Positions 1-9,694 of a stretch of 64,000 nt of DNA are shown here, in pieces. The notes beneath the pieces are model-generated. The model saw nothing but the letters and a program-made list of their open reading frames with translations, was not told the origin of the DNA and searched no databases. Every line of letters starts with the position of its first letter. Positions within the stretch are counted from its first letter, which is position 1. Source of the DNA: Bacteroidia bacterium (lineage in GTDB: Bacteria; Bacteroidota; Bacteroidia; B-17B0; Aurantibacillaceae); assembly GCA_038214655.1 (NCBI GenBank), contig JBBQRR010000010.1:6183-70182 (forward strand), read 5' to 3'. The translations under genes and the position numbers were made by a program.

Positions 1-2
1 AT

Positions 3-1349
3 GGAGACACCAGCATGATAAGAGGCTATACTACCAACAATACGGTTTTTGGTATGTCTGTTTTTGCTTGCAGCGATAGCAGTTTTGCGGTTTGCGGCAA
101 CAGCGGCTTTGCCCGGGTAGATAAAAAAGGCAGTGTACTTTGGGATTTTGTTTATAATACAGTTTCTTTTTACTCGATACAACAAACCAAGGATAAAGGA
201 TTTATTTTGGCGGGTGGTATCGGACAAACAAATGGTTCTAACGGCCAAGATGTTTACTTATTAAAAATTGATTCTTTAGGAACAAAGCAGTGGTCGAGAA
301 AATTGGGCGGCCCTATAGATGAATATGCAACTTGTATAAGGCAAACGCCTGATGGAGGATATATTTTTGCAGGGAATACGGATAGTTACGGAGCGGGAGG
401 ATGGGACATTTATGTAATTAAAATTAATGCCCTTGGTGATACTTTGTGGACCAAAACATACGGAGGCACGCTTACTGAAGGAGGGATTTCGGGGGCGAGA
501 GCAAGCATTGAATATACTTTTGATAAAGGCTTTATTATAGGGGCCTATACTACTAGTTTTGGCAGTGGCGGAACGGATGCTTATTTAATTAAAATAGATT
601 CTACCGGAAATATACAATGGAGCAAAACTTACGGTGGCAGCGGCAGCGAATTAATTTATGATGTAAAGCAAACGCGCGACAGCGGTTATGTTTTTGTTGG
701 GTATACAAGTACTTTTGGCGCAGGGAGTACGGATATTTATGTTGTAAAAACAAATTCGCTGGGCGATACACTTTTTACGCGGGCATTTGGCGGCGGGCTC
801 GCTGAAAGCGGGCAGGGTATTGTGCAAACTGCAGATAGGGGCTTTGCTATTTGCGGATACACGGCTACATATGGCAGCGGTAATAACGATGCCTTGTTAC
901 TTAAAATTGATTCGTTGGGTAATGGGCTTTGCCACCAAAACAACACAAATACTATTGTAAATAATCCCGCCACCCTTATGGGAAACACAACAACCGGAAA
1001 AATATTTATTACTCTATTCAGCAATTCGGTATCACCACTTGTAAAAAGCGGAGGTAAGGTTACGGACGCATGTGTGGTTAACGCAATTGAAACGAATAAA
1101 GAAAATAGCGGGATTAAAATTTTTCCAAACCCCAACAATGGAAATTTTACGGTTTACATGCAGCAAAACAATACGCAGCAATTTACTTTGAGCGTAAATA
1201 CTATTTTAGGCGAAACAGTTTATAGCAATAGATTTAGCGGCGCCAACAAAACCGAAATTAATTTAGCACATTTACCTGCGGGTACTTACTTGCTGCGATT
1301 GAATAGCAATGACAGCGTTTATACGCAACAGATTTTTATTGCGAGATAA
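3..1349 (+). CDS. T9SS type A sorting domain protein with repeated beta-propeller-like units (5'-truncated by window edge)
   Basis: Frame is open upstream of ATG 15 (GGA GAC ACC AGC = GDTS, resembling the internal GDTLW repeats). About 50-aa repeats of W.KTYGG...D...QT.D.GY and a C-terminal IFPNPNNG...LPAGTY CTD. Confidence 0.85.
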   Translation, partial: GDTSMIRGYTTNNTVFGMSVFACSDSSFAVCGNSGFARVDKKGSVLWDFVYNTVSFYSIQQTKDKGFILAGGIGQTNGSNGQDVYLLKIDSLGTKQWSRKLGGPIDEYATCIRQTPDGGYIFAGNTDSYGAGGWDIYVIKINALGDTLWTKTYGGTLTEGGISGARASIEYTFDKGFIIGAYTTSFGSGGTDAYLIKIDSTGNIQWSKTYGGSGSELIYDVKQTRDSGYVFVGYTSTFGAGSTDIYVVKTNSLGDTLFTRAFGGGLAESGQGIVQTADRGFAICGYTATYGSGNNDALLLKIDSLGNGLCHQNNTNTIVNNPATLMGNTTTGKIFITLFSNSVSPLVKSGGKVTDACVVNAIETNKENSGIKIFPNPNNGNFTVYMQQNNTQQFTLSVNTILGETVYSNRFSGANKTEINLAHLPAGTYLLRLNSNDSVYTQQIFIAR

Positions 1350-1381
1350 AAAAAATAGTTTTATTTTTATAAAAAATATTT

Positions 1382-1804
1382 ATGGTTAAACAAATCTGGC
1401 TTAACTTACCGGTTAAGGACGTTGCAAAATCAAAAGAGTTTTTTACCAAACTTGGATTTTCTTTTAATGATAATTTCGGGGGCGGCCCCGATTCTGCCTG
1501 TTTGTTGGTAGGCAGCGGCAATTTTGTGGTGATGCTTTTTTCTGAGCAAATATTTAAAAGTTTTACGCAGCACCCCATTACCGATACCGTGCAAAGCAGC
1601 GAAGTACTTATTTCGATAGATGCTGAAAGCCGCGAAGAAGTGGATGAACTGGCAAAAAAAGCAGAAGCTGCGGGCGGAATTATTTTTGGAAAGCCGGGCG
1701 AAGCACAAGGTTGGCTTTACGGCTGCGGCTTTAGTGATTTAGACGGACACCGCTGGAATGTTTTGTTTATGGATTACAGCAAACTTCCAAAAAAAGAAAA
1801 TTAA
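1382..1804 (+). CDS. VOC/glyoxalase family protein
   Basis: IWLNLPVKDV..SKEFF.KLGF and YG.GFSDLDGHRWNV motifs. Confidence 0.85.
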   Translation: MVKQIWLNLPVKDVAKSKEFFTKLGFSFNDNFGGGPDSACLLVGSGNFVVMLFSEQIFKSFTQHPITDTVQSSEVLISIDAESREEVDELAKKAEAAGGIIFGKPGEAQGWLYGCGFSDLDGHRWNVLFMDYSKLPKKEN

Positions 1805-1818
1805 AAATGCCTAGAAAC

Positions 1819-1850
1819 AAAAAAGCCCGCTTTTTCAAAGCGGGCTTTTT
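1819..1850. terminator. Bidirectional intrinsic terminator
   Basis: AAAAAAGCCCGCTTT...AAAGCGGGCTTTTT hairpin between convergent genes. Confidence 0.85.
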
Positions 1851-1866
1851 GTGTTCTGTATTAAAG

Positions 1867-1900
1867 TCCCTCTCCCCCGGGAGAGGGATTTAGGGTGAGG
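1867..1900. repeat. CCCTCTCC-GGAGAGGG-TAGGGTGAGG palindromic repeat element
   Basis: TCCCTCTCCCCCGGGAGAGGGA hairpin plus TTTAGGGTGAGG tail; related copy inside metH at 40324. Confidence 0.75.
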
Positions 1901-1904
1901 TTTA

Positions 1905-3011
1905 CTATTGAATCGGCGGGGGCATCGAGTTAAACAAGCCCGCTAAATCGGGTTGTCCCTCGGCGGCTAACCATCCGCTCATGCCCTGTTTCCAAACCAA
2001 ACTTTGTTTGTTAAACTGGCCGGCCTGCGTCATGGCTTGTAATTGCTGCAAATTAAACGGGCCGCTTTGCGCGCCGTTAACTGCAACAAAATACGATGTT
2101 ACAGGAGGTGGCGGAGGCATATTGGTTCCTTGCTGCGAATTAAATTGCTGGTTTTGATTAAACACATTGCCCATCTGGTTACCCATGTTCATTCCTAAAC
2201 CTGCGCCAAAGCCCGCGCCCATAATGTTGCCGCCTTCTTGCTTAGAAGCGTTTTCCATGGATACACCTGCCTGGTATTGATTGAATGCGCCTAAGTTACC
2301 AATGATACCCATGCTGCTGCGTTTATCGATTGCTGCTTCTACTTCAGGTGGAACGGAAACGTTTTCGATTAAGAATTTGGTTAATTCTAAACCCAACTCG
2401 TTAAACTCGGGGCGAATTTTTTCAAGAATAATTTTAGAAACCTCGTCGTAGTTTTGCGTTAAATCTAAAACCGCAATTTTACTTTCGGCAATGGCATCCA
2501 TACCGCGGGTAACGGCAAGATTGCGTAATTGATCAACAATCATGTCTACATCAAAATCGGGATTAGAACCCGAAACTTCTTTGTAAAAAAGCGAAGCGTC
2601 TTTAATTCTAAACGCGTAATTACCATTTGCACGCAAACGCACCGGGCCAAACTCTACATCGCGAATCATTACCGGGTTTTTGGTTCCCCATTTTTGATTG
2701 GTGAATTGCTTGGTATTAAAGAAATATACATCCGCTTTGTAAGGCGAGTTAAAACCGTACTTCCACCCTTTTAAGGTAGACATAAGCGGCATGTTCTCGG
2801 TAGTAAGCGTGTACATACCCGGCAGAAACACGTCGGCTAATTTTCCTTCGTTTAAAAATAAAGCTACCTGGCTTTCGCGCACGGTTAACTTTGCATTCAT
2901 TTTAATTTCGTTCTGGTAACGTGGAAATTTCCACACGATAGTATCCTGCGTGGCATCCACCCATTCGATAATATCAATAAATTCATTTTTCAGTTTGTCA
3001 AATAATCCCAT
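1905..3011 (-). CDS. SPFH (band 7, YdjI-like) domain protein with C-terminal GYF_2/DUF4339 domain
   Basis: FIDIIEW...LTVRESQ.A.F..EG N-terminus; PPPPP linker then NGAQSGPF...LVWKQGMSGW. Confidence 0.85.
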   Translation of the reverse strand: MGLFDKLKNEFIDIIEWVDATQDTIVWKFPRYQNEIKMNAKLTVRESQVALFLNEGKLADVFLPGMYTLTTENMPLMSTLKGWKYGFNSPYKADVYFFNTKQFTNQKWGTKNPVMIRDVEFGPVRLRANGNYAFRIKDASLFYKEVSGSNPDFDVDMIVDQLRNLAVTRGMDAIAESKIAVLDLTQNYDEVSKIILEKIRPEFNELGLELTKFLIENVSVPPEVEAAIDKRSSMGIIGNLGAFNQYQAGVSMENASKQEGGNIMGAGFGAGLGMNMGNQMGNVFNQNQQFNSQQGTNMPPPPPVTSYFVAVNGAQSGPFNLQQLQAMTQAGQFNKQSLVWKQGMSGWLAAEGQPDLAGLFNSMPPPIQ

Positions 3012-3016
3012 GATTT

Positions 3017-3051
3017 TTAGTGATTAGTGGTTAGTGATTAGTGATTAGTGC
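3017..3051. repeat. Heptamer tandem repeat (TTAGTGN x5)
   Basis: TTAGTGA TTAGTGG TTAGTGA TTAGTGA TTAGTGC fills most of the intergenic gap. Confidence 0.9.
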
Positions 3052-4029
3052 CTAGTTTACAATTAACTTTTTTTGTATGGTGCCCTGTTTTTTTGTTTTT
3101 ATAGTTACAAAATAAATACCTTTCGGTAAGTCTTCTGTTTTATAGGTTTTATTTATTTGCCCCGGGGCGCAGACAAAGTTGTCTTTTAATAAAATATCTC
3201 CTTGTATGTTTAGCAAAGTTATTTCAAATTCGTCGTTTTGCAAATTTTTATAAGATAAATTAACCTTTTCGAAGGCAGGATTCGGGAAAAGTTTTACGCC
3301 CACATTCAAACCGACTGGCTCATGCATAGCCATAATACCACCAAAGCAGGAGTCCAGATTAAAATCCAGATAAGCATAACCTCGGTGAGTATCGCAATCC
3401 GTTGTAATAAAATCGAATTGAACATTTTTACCCAGATATGCAATTAAATTATAACATACTCTTGTCCAGTTTTTATAATATAACCCGGGAGTAGTGATGT
3501 CGGCTGGATGGAAAGCCGTATCTATAGAAATAGTATTAGAATCGAAATAAGCACTATCGATAAGAAATCCACTCGTCAAATCACGAAGAGTGTAAATAAA
3601 TTTAGGCGCATCATTGGCAGGATGATTATCAAATAGCACCACCGCATACGATATTGCTAGATCCCAATTATTAGGATTGATAACCATACCATAGCTCATT
3701 TTAGCGGCACTACAATCATCCACTACATCTCCTAATCTTGCCGAAATATTTCCTCCCCAAGGGCATGGAAGTTTTATTATACCTGTTGTAACAGAAGGGT
3801 CTGCGCCTGCATTACATAAACCATGCTGATCACTTGTTACATTCATAGCATTAAAATTAAATCCAGAATAAGGCATTGGGTTTGGAGAACTAAGAGAATC
3901 ACAAGTGTTATAACAATAATAGCCGTTCGACCAATTCAAAAAATTTCCAAATTCAAAACCAATATTTGTTTGCGTCTTTGCTTCCACAAAAAACAAGCAG
4001 GCAAAAACAAGAAATAAAAGTTTTTTCAT
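3052..4029 (-). CDS. T9SS type A sorting domain protein, Cys-rich N-terminal domain
   Basis: Signal peptide MKKLLFLVF; CTD LFPNPAFE...LPKGIYFV...KKLIVN. Confidence 0.85.
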   Translation of the reverse strand: MKKLLFLVFACLFFVEAKTQTNIGFEFGNFLNWSNGYYCYNTCDSLSSPNPMPYSGFNFNAMNVTSDQHGLCNAGADPSVTTGIIKLPCPWGGNISARLGDVVDDCSAAKMSYGMVINPNNWDLAISYAVVLFDNHPANDAPKFIYTLRDLTSGFLIDSAYFDSNTISIDTAFHPADITTPGLYYKNWTRVCYNLIAYLGKNVQFDFITTDCDTHRGYAYLDFNLDSCFGGIMAMHEPVGLNVGVKLFPNPAFEKVNLSYKNLQNDEFEITLLNIQGDILLKDNFVCAPGQINKTYKTEDLPKGIYFVTIKTKKQGTIQKKLIVN

Positions 4030-4056
4030 TGTATAATTTCTAATCTAAGATAGAAA

Positions 4057-5625
4057 TTATTTCTGAATTTTCAGCTTCAGGTCAAACTCTCTTTCGCTCT
4101 CAAAAGATACTTTATCCATTATCTCAAGTTTTTGCGTTAACAAGGTAAAATTAAAAAGCTCAACCACAAGCGTATACTTGCCCGGCGGCAAAATAACCAC
4201 ATACTTACCCGTTTGCGAGTTAGGCAGGTAATTACCTATAATTTCGCCGTTTTTATCGCTGGTAACTGTAATAAACACATCCGGAAAGTTAACCTGGCTT
4301 CCATCCTCAGCCAAAACCTGTCCGTACATAACCGTAAGCTCAGCTTCAACATCATTAAAAATTACACGGTAGTTATCAAAATCGCCAAGCCCCTCTTCGC
4401 GCACTGCCGAGATATATCCATAACGCGGGTTTTTGGAACTTCTAAAATTATAATCGTCCATTGGCGTATTTACAGGATAGCCCAAATTTTTAGGATTATC
4501 CCATTGCGCTTCTTCGTTTTGGGAAGCCTTAAAAATATCGTAACCACCCATACTGCTGTGGCCCATGCTGCTAAAATAAAGTGTTTTTCCGTCGGGAGAG
4601 ATATTCGGAAAATCTTCGTTTTGCACTGTATTAATTTCCTTACCTGCATTTTGCGGCAAGCCCCATTTGCCATGCGGCGTTTTTTTACAAATATAAATAT
4701 CGGTTCCGCCAAAGCCACCCGGACGGTTACTTGCAAAATAAATCAAATCTCCTTCAGCATTAATTGAAGCTGCAATTTCATCGCTGGGCGAATTAATATG
4801 CTTATCGAGCATCTCAGGTTTGCTGTAAACTCCGGCGGCAACACGCTCAGAAATATAAATATTCCCGGCTCCCTTTTCATCGTGAATATTTAGCAACAAC
4901 ACATTTCCACTGGCACTAAGGCCAATTACTTCGGCGTGACTCGATGACTTTGGTAATACAAGATCAACTCTTTTTGCTTTTTGATACACTCCGTCTTTTA
5001 CCTCAGAGTACATAATTACATTGGGATAATCGCCATTATCATTACTTGCCTCCGAAGCTTCAACAGGGCGCTTCGAATTAAAAATAACAAACGACTCGTC
5101 AACAGGAACAAAGGCATAATAATCTTCGTACTCACTATTTACGGGTTTACCCAAATTTTCAAACTTTACGTTCATCGGGAATTTAATACGCTCTTTAGCG
5201 TTAAGGCAATACTGAATTTGAAAGCCGGCATCTTTTAAATTATCTTCTTTGCCTTTTCCGTTAGTAACAAATTTTGTAAATGAATTAATGGCATCATCAA
5301 AACGTAAAGCATATTGGTAAGCTCGTCCCAAAAGATAATCTCCATTGGGGTCGTGCTTTGGATTATGAATAGTTTTTTCAAGGTAAGGAACCGCTTTTGC
5401 TTTATTGCCATTGTAATTTAAATAACAAACTGCAATGTTGTAATTGTATTTTTCGTTTTGTGGGTCTTTGGCGTGCAAGGCTAAAAAATCAGCAAGAGCC
5501 TCTTCGTAATTACCCGCAATTAATTTATCCTCGGCCACCTTGGGGTCGGTTTTGGTAATAGTTTCTTCGTCCTGCGCCAACATAGCAAAAGGGAAAAACA
5601 AGAGAGCCAAAAGGTACTTTTTCAT
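4057..5625 (-). CDS. TPR + PD40 repeat + carboxypeptidase-regulatory-like domain protein (PorE-like architecture without OmpA domain)
   Basis: N-terminal TPR helices; PD40 motifs (LIYFASNRPGGFGGTDIY, PNISPDGKTLYFSS); C-terminal GKYVVILPPGKY. Confidence 0.75.
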   Translation of the reverse strand: MKKYLLALLFFPFAMLAQDEETITKTDPKVAEDKLIAGNYEEALADFLALHAKDPQNEKYNYNIAVCYLNYNGNKAKAVPYLEKTIHNPKHDPNGDYLLGRAYQYALRFDDAINSFTKFVTNGKGKEDNLKDAGFQIQYCLNAKERIKFPMNVKFENLGKPVNSEYEDYYAFVPVDESFVIFNSKRPVEASEASNDNGDYPNVIMYSEVKDGVYQKAKRVDLVLPKSSSHAEVIGLSASGNVLLLNIHDEKGAGNIYISERVAAGVYSKPEMLDKHINSPSDEIAASINAEGDLIYFASNRPGGFGGTDIYICKKTPHGKWGLPQNAGKEINTVQNEDFPNISPDGKTLYFSSMGHSSMGGYDIFKASQNEEAQWDNPKNLGYPVNTPMDDYNFRSSKNPRYGYISAVREEGLGDFDNYRVIFNDVEAELTVMYGQVLAEDGSQVNFPDVFITVTSDKNGEIIGNYLPNSQTGKYVVILPPGKYTLVVELFNFTLLTQKLEIMDKVSFESEREFDLKLKIQK

Positions 5626-5822
5626 AGGTATGGATTATAGTTCAAAAATAAGAGAATTTATAGAAGTTAAACAATCCTTTTACCACAATTCTTTCCATAC
5701 TTGTTTAATAGCGAGCGAAATACTTAAAAATATCAAATAAACCCCGTTTCGTCTCACTATAAAAAGTGTAATTCGCTTATTTTTATAAGAAACTGTTAAT
5801 ACATTTACCGCAAAATTACCCT

Positions 5823-6392
5823 TTGCACGATATTGAACCATATTTTAACTGGAGGCACCTGTACATCGCATCAGAAGATGAGCAATCGCCTTTTTATGGC
5901 CGCGATTACAGCGAAATGGAATTTACCAACGTTATTTACAATTTTGTGATACACCCCCAGTGGGACGAAATTGGCTCAGAAACGCTTTACATTAAAATTT
6001 TATACGTTGATTACGATGAAAAATACAGCATTATAGAATTGATGGGCGAATGGAACGATGCCATCACTAATGATATTATGCTGCTGAAACGAGAAATTTT
6101 TGACGAACTTATTTTGTGCGGCATCAACAAATTTATCATCATCGGCGAAAACGTTTTTAACTTTCATGCCAGCGACGACAGCTATTACGAAGAGTGGTTT
6201 GATGAAGCCGGTACAGAAGGCTGGATTATTTTTTTAAATTTTAGAGAACACGTTTTAGCTGAATTTAAAGCGCACAACATAGATTACTTTTTTTTATCGG
6301 GCGGCGAGCTGGATGATTTTAACTGGCGAAGATTTAGTCCGGGGCAAGTGTTTGGGAACTTGAGTAAGATTATTGAGAAGCGATTAACATAA
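5823..6392 (+). CDS. Conserved hypothetical acidic protein
   Basis: 189-aa ORF with TTG start; TACATTTA box shortly upstream. Confidence 0.7.
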   Translation: MHDIEPYFNWRHLYIASEDEQSPFYGRDYSEMEFTNVIYNFVIHPQWDEIGSETLYIKILYVDYDEKYSIIELMGEWNDAITNDIMLLKREIFDELILCGINKFIIIGENVFNFHASDDSYYEEWFDEAGTEGWIIFLNFREHVLAEFKAHNIDYFFLSGGELDDFNWRRFSPGQVFGNLSKIIEKRLT

Positions 6393-6505
6393 CTACGGAT
6401 ACGGATTTTTACGGATTTACGGATGAATTCACTCCTTGATTTTACAGCTCATTAAAACGAAAAAATTATCCGCATATCCGTACGGCTGCTATCCGTAATC
6501 CGTAG
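6393..6505. repeat. ACGGAT/ATCCGT periodic inverted-repeat element
   Basis: Four ACGGAT units on the left, four ATCCG(C/T) on the right; ends CTACGGAT and ATCCGTAG are exact inverses. Confidence 0.85.
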
Positions 6506-8011
6506 CTATTTAACGGGTAACGTAATTCTAAAAGTACTGCCCTTGCCTATCTCTGACTGAGAAACAAATATTTTTCCTTCGTGGTAATTTTCGATAATGC
6601 GTTTGCAGAGTGAAAGGCCCATACCCCAGCCGCGTTGTTTGGTGGTAAAGCCCGGCTCGAAAACTGCTTTTAATTTATTTTTGGCAATTCCTTTCCCTGT
6701 ATCGCTTATGTCAATGAAAACGGTTTCTTCTAAACTTTGTATGCTAACGCTTATGGTTCCTTTTCCGTCCATAGCGTCAATGGCATTTTTGCAAAGATTT
6801 TCAACAACCCACTCAAATAACGGAACGCAAATAGGGACTTCCGTAATCTCGCCTAAATTATTTTGGAAACTGAAATTTATATTTTTAGAAGAGCGTTGTT
6901 TTAAATAATCAACCGCGTGTTCTAAAATAATTGCAACGTTTTCTTTTTCTAAAGTTGGTTGTGAGCCGATTTTAGAAAATCTATCCGTAATGGTTTGCAA
7001 ACGCTGCACATCGCGTTCCATCTCCACAATCATACTCGGATCCTTTGCCGTTTGTTTTAAAAGTTCCATCCATGCCATTAGCGATGAGAGCGGAGTCCCC
7101 AATTGATGTGCGGTTTCTTTGCTCATGCCTACCCAAACTAAATTTTGTTCGCTACGGCGCGCGGTGCTGAACAAGGTGTAGGCAATTAATAAAAACAAAC
7201 CGATAATCATTAATTGCACATAAGGGTAATAGCGCAGCTGTTTTAGCGTGTATGATTCCTCATAAAAAATAAAATGTGTAGTACCCTGCCCAAAATCAAT
7301 TTCAATGGGCGTATTTTGCGCTGCAAGCCTATCTAAAGTTATTTTAAGTTTTGCGGGGGTATTAATTTCTGAAGTGTCCATTTTGCCGGCCTCTAAAACT
7401 TTTGTTTTGCTTGAGTCGGTAAAGATTACAGGAACAGATGCGCTGTTGGCAGCTACTTCTGCAATAAAAGATTTTATAAGGCTATCGAAAACCAATTTTA
7501 TTTCCGAAAAAACACGGGAGTCTTTGTAATAAATATAATTTTTCTTCCCCGGTGCGTATTGAATCTCTATTGGAGGATACAAACTCTTCATCTCATCCAA
7601 TTGCTGTCTTAAGTAAACAGTATCTTTTTCTAAAAGTGAATCGAGGTTACGCTTCCCTCCTATTTTACCTTCGTTGGTTACAATAATTACGGGCACCGTA
7701 TTGTTATCCTGCAAAACACGCAGGGCAAAACTTAAATCGGTAACATCTTTGGTAAGTTCTTTGGTGGCATCGGCGTAGAGCTCTACTTTTTTACGCTCTT
7801 CGGTTTTCATTCTGTCAAAAAGGTCGTGCGTGGTTTTAACGAGGTTGGCACGTTTTTGTACAGAGATTGCCCAGAGTTTTACTTTGTCTTTTTCTTCGTC
7901 GGATATTTTTTTAACTATTTTGCTCGAGTACCAGAGTGAGGTTAATACAATGCACATGGCTGCTGCTGCCAGCCACCATTTCCATCTTTGTTTTTGTTGG
8001 TAGATATTCAT
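6506..8011 (-). CDS. Membrane sensor histidine kinase
   Basis: Two TM segments; H-box ETAHQLGTPLS; N-box ENLCKNAIDA; G-boxes DTGKG and GWGMGL. Start set at MNIYQQ because the longer ORF begins inside a repeat. Confidence 0.92.
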   Translation of the reverse strand: MNIYQQKQRWKWWLAAAAMCIVLTSLWYSSKIVKKISDEEKDKVKLWAISVQKRANLVKTTHDLFDRMKTEERKKVELYADATKELTKDVTDLSFALRVLQDNNTVPVIIVTNEGKIGGKRNLDSLLEKDTVYLRQQLDEMKSLYPPIEIQYAPGKKNYIYYKDSRVFSEIKLVFDSLIKSFIAEVAANSASVPVIFTDSSKTKVLEAGKMDTSEINTPAKLKITLDRLAAQNTPIEIDFGQGTTHFIFYEESYTLKQLRYYPYVQLMIIGLFLLIAYTLFSTARRSEQNLVWVGMSKETAHQLGTPLSSLMAWMELLKQTAKDPSMIVEMERDVQRLQTITDRFSKIGSQPTLEKENVAIILEHAVDYLKQRSSKNINFSFQNNLGEITEVPICVPLFEWVVENLCKNAIDAMDGKGTISVSIQSLEETVFIDISDTGKGIAKNKLKAVFEPGFTTKQRGWGMGLSLCKRIIENYHEGKIFVSQSEIGKGSTFRITLPVK

Positions 8012-8017
8012 CCGATT

Positions 8018-8045
8018 TTTGCCACAAAGGCGCGAAGACACAAAG
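8018..8045 (+). repeat. CACAAAG/CGCGAAG 8-nt periodic repeat unit
   Basis: TTTGCCACAAAGGCGCGAAGACACAAAG; same family as 35743, 49874, 50160 and 61892. Confidence 0.8.
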
Positions 8046-8066
8046 GTTTGTAATTGTTGGTGTAAA

Positions 8067-9545
8067 TTATATTTCTTTTCTCATACGCGCAACAGGAATG
8101 TCCAGTTGCTCGCGGTATTTGGCAACGGTGCGGCGCGCAATATTGTAACCCTTCTCTTTTAATATTTTGCAAAGAGCATCGTCGGTAAGTGGCTTCTTTT
8201 TGTTTTCGACCCCAATGCAATCTCCCAAAATCTTTTTTACCTCGCGCGAAGAAACTTCCTCGCCGCTATCAGTGCTCAACGATTCTGAAAAGAAATATTT
8301 TAACGGAAAAGTACCGAAAGGCGTTGTAACATACTTACTGTTTGCCACCCGCGATACGGTAGAAATATCCAGATTTACTTTTTCGGCGATATCTTTTAAA
8401 ATCATCGGCTTCAGCTTCGTTTCATCTCCTGTAACGAAATATTCTTTTTGATATTGCATAATTGAGTTCATGGCCAACAATAAAGTTTGCTGACGCTGAA
8501 ACAAAGCCTCAATAAACCACTGCGCATTTTCAATTTTATTTTTTATAAACCCTGAAGCTTCTTTAGCCGTTTTATCCTTTTGCTTGGCGTAGCGCGTAAG
8601 CATTTCCATGTAATCCTGGCTGATTTTTAAATCGGGCATGTTACGCTGTGTTAAAGCCAGCTCCGGCTCGCCATTATTGGTAGAAATCACAAAATCGGGT
8701 ATTACTTCCTGTATGTTTTGTGTTGATTGTCCCGCTCCACCCGGTTTAGGATTTAGCTTGGTAATTTCTTCAATAATATCTTTTAAATCTTCTTCTTTAA
8801 TATCGAGTTTCTTAGAAATTTTATCGTAATGCTTTTTAGAAAACTCTTCCATACATTGTTTTACCACATCAATGGCAAATGCAACTTCGCGCGTTTGGTT
8901 TTCGCTGCGTTCTAACTGCAAAAGCAAACATTCCTGTAATGTACGCGCGGCTACTCCCGGGGGGTCGAGGCTTTGTAAAACTTTAATTACTTCTTCAATT
9001 TCTACTGTGGTGGCAGTAATGTTTTGCGAAAAAGCCAAATCATCTACAATAGAACCGGTGTCCCTGCGAATATATCCGTCGTCGTCAATACAACCAATTA
9101 AATATAATCCTATGGTATAATGTTTTTCATCCAAATCAAGCAGACCCAATTGTTCTTCCATTTGATCATGAAAATCGGTAGTTTCCCTAACAGGATTTTC
9201 TTTAAAATCATTGTCCTTGCCGCTGTTGTTTACCTGATATTTATAATCGGCAAACTCATCTTCATCCACAAAATCTTCATACGTAACATCATCGTTGCTT
9301 ACGGTTATTTCACTGTCTTCGGTAGCGCGGTCATCTTCGGTAGTTGGTGCTTCATCATCACTAAAATCCTCTTCTGCATCCGGAATCGTATCATCGTCTT
9401 CTTCGAGGGCGGGATTTAATTCGAGTTCTTCTTTAATGCGTTGCTCGAGGGCCATAACGGGAAGCTGTATCAGTTTCATTAACTGAATTTGCTGCGGAGA
9501 GAGTTTTTGCTGCAGCCTTAACGAATGTGTTTGCCTGAGTGCCAT
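8067..9545 (-). CDS. rpoN: RNA polymerase sigma-54 factor
   Basis: Q/L-rich region I (LQQKLSPQQIQLM); RpoN box ARRTVAKYRE. Confidence 0.98.
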   Translation of the reverse strand: MALRQTHSLRLQQKLSPQQIQLMKLIQLPVMALEQRIKEELELNPALEEDDDTIPDAEEDFSDDEAPTTEDDRATEDSEITVSNDDVTYEDFVDEDEFADYKYQVNNSGKDNDFKENPVRETTDFHDQMEEQLGLLDLDEKHYTIGLYLIGCIDDDGYIRRDTGSIVDDLAFSQNITATTVEIEEVIKVLQSLDPPGVAARTLQECLLLQLERSENQTREVAFAIDVVKQCMEEFSKKHYDKISKKLDIKEEDLKDIIEEITKLNPKPGGAGQSTQNIQEVIPDFVISTNNGEPELALTQRNMPDLKISQDYMEMLTRYAKQKDKTAKEASGFIKNKIENAQWFIEALFQRQQTLLLAMNSIMQYQKEYFVTGDETKLKPMILKDIAEKVNLDISTVSRVANSKYVTTPFGTFPLKYFFSESLSTDSGEEVSSREVKKILGDCIGVENKKKPLTDDALCKILKEKGYNIARRTVAKYREQLDIPVARMRKEI

Positions 9546-9598
9546 ATACGGAAGTAAAAATACAAATAAACTACGAATGGAGAAAGTACGAAGGTGTG

Positions 9599-9661
9599 AT
9601 TAGGGATTAGTGGTTAGGGAATAGCCAATACAGTATTGAGTAATGAGAATAGAGAATTGAG
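9599..9661. repeat. Degenerate heptamer tandem array (9 units)
   Basis: ATTAGGG ATTAGTG GTTAGGG AATAGCC AATACAG TATTGAG TAATGAG AATAGAG AATTGAG; shares ATTAGTGGTTAG with 3023-3034. Confidence 0.7.
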
Positions 9662-9694
9662 ATGTAAGTGGGGGTGTCAGTTATTAATAGGGAA

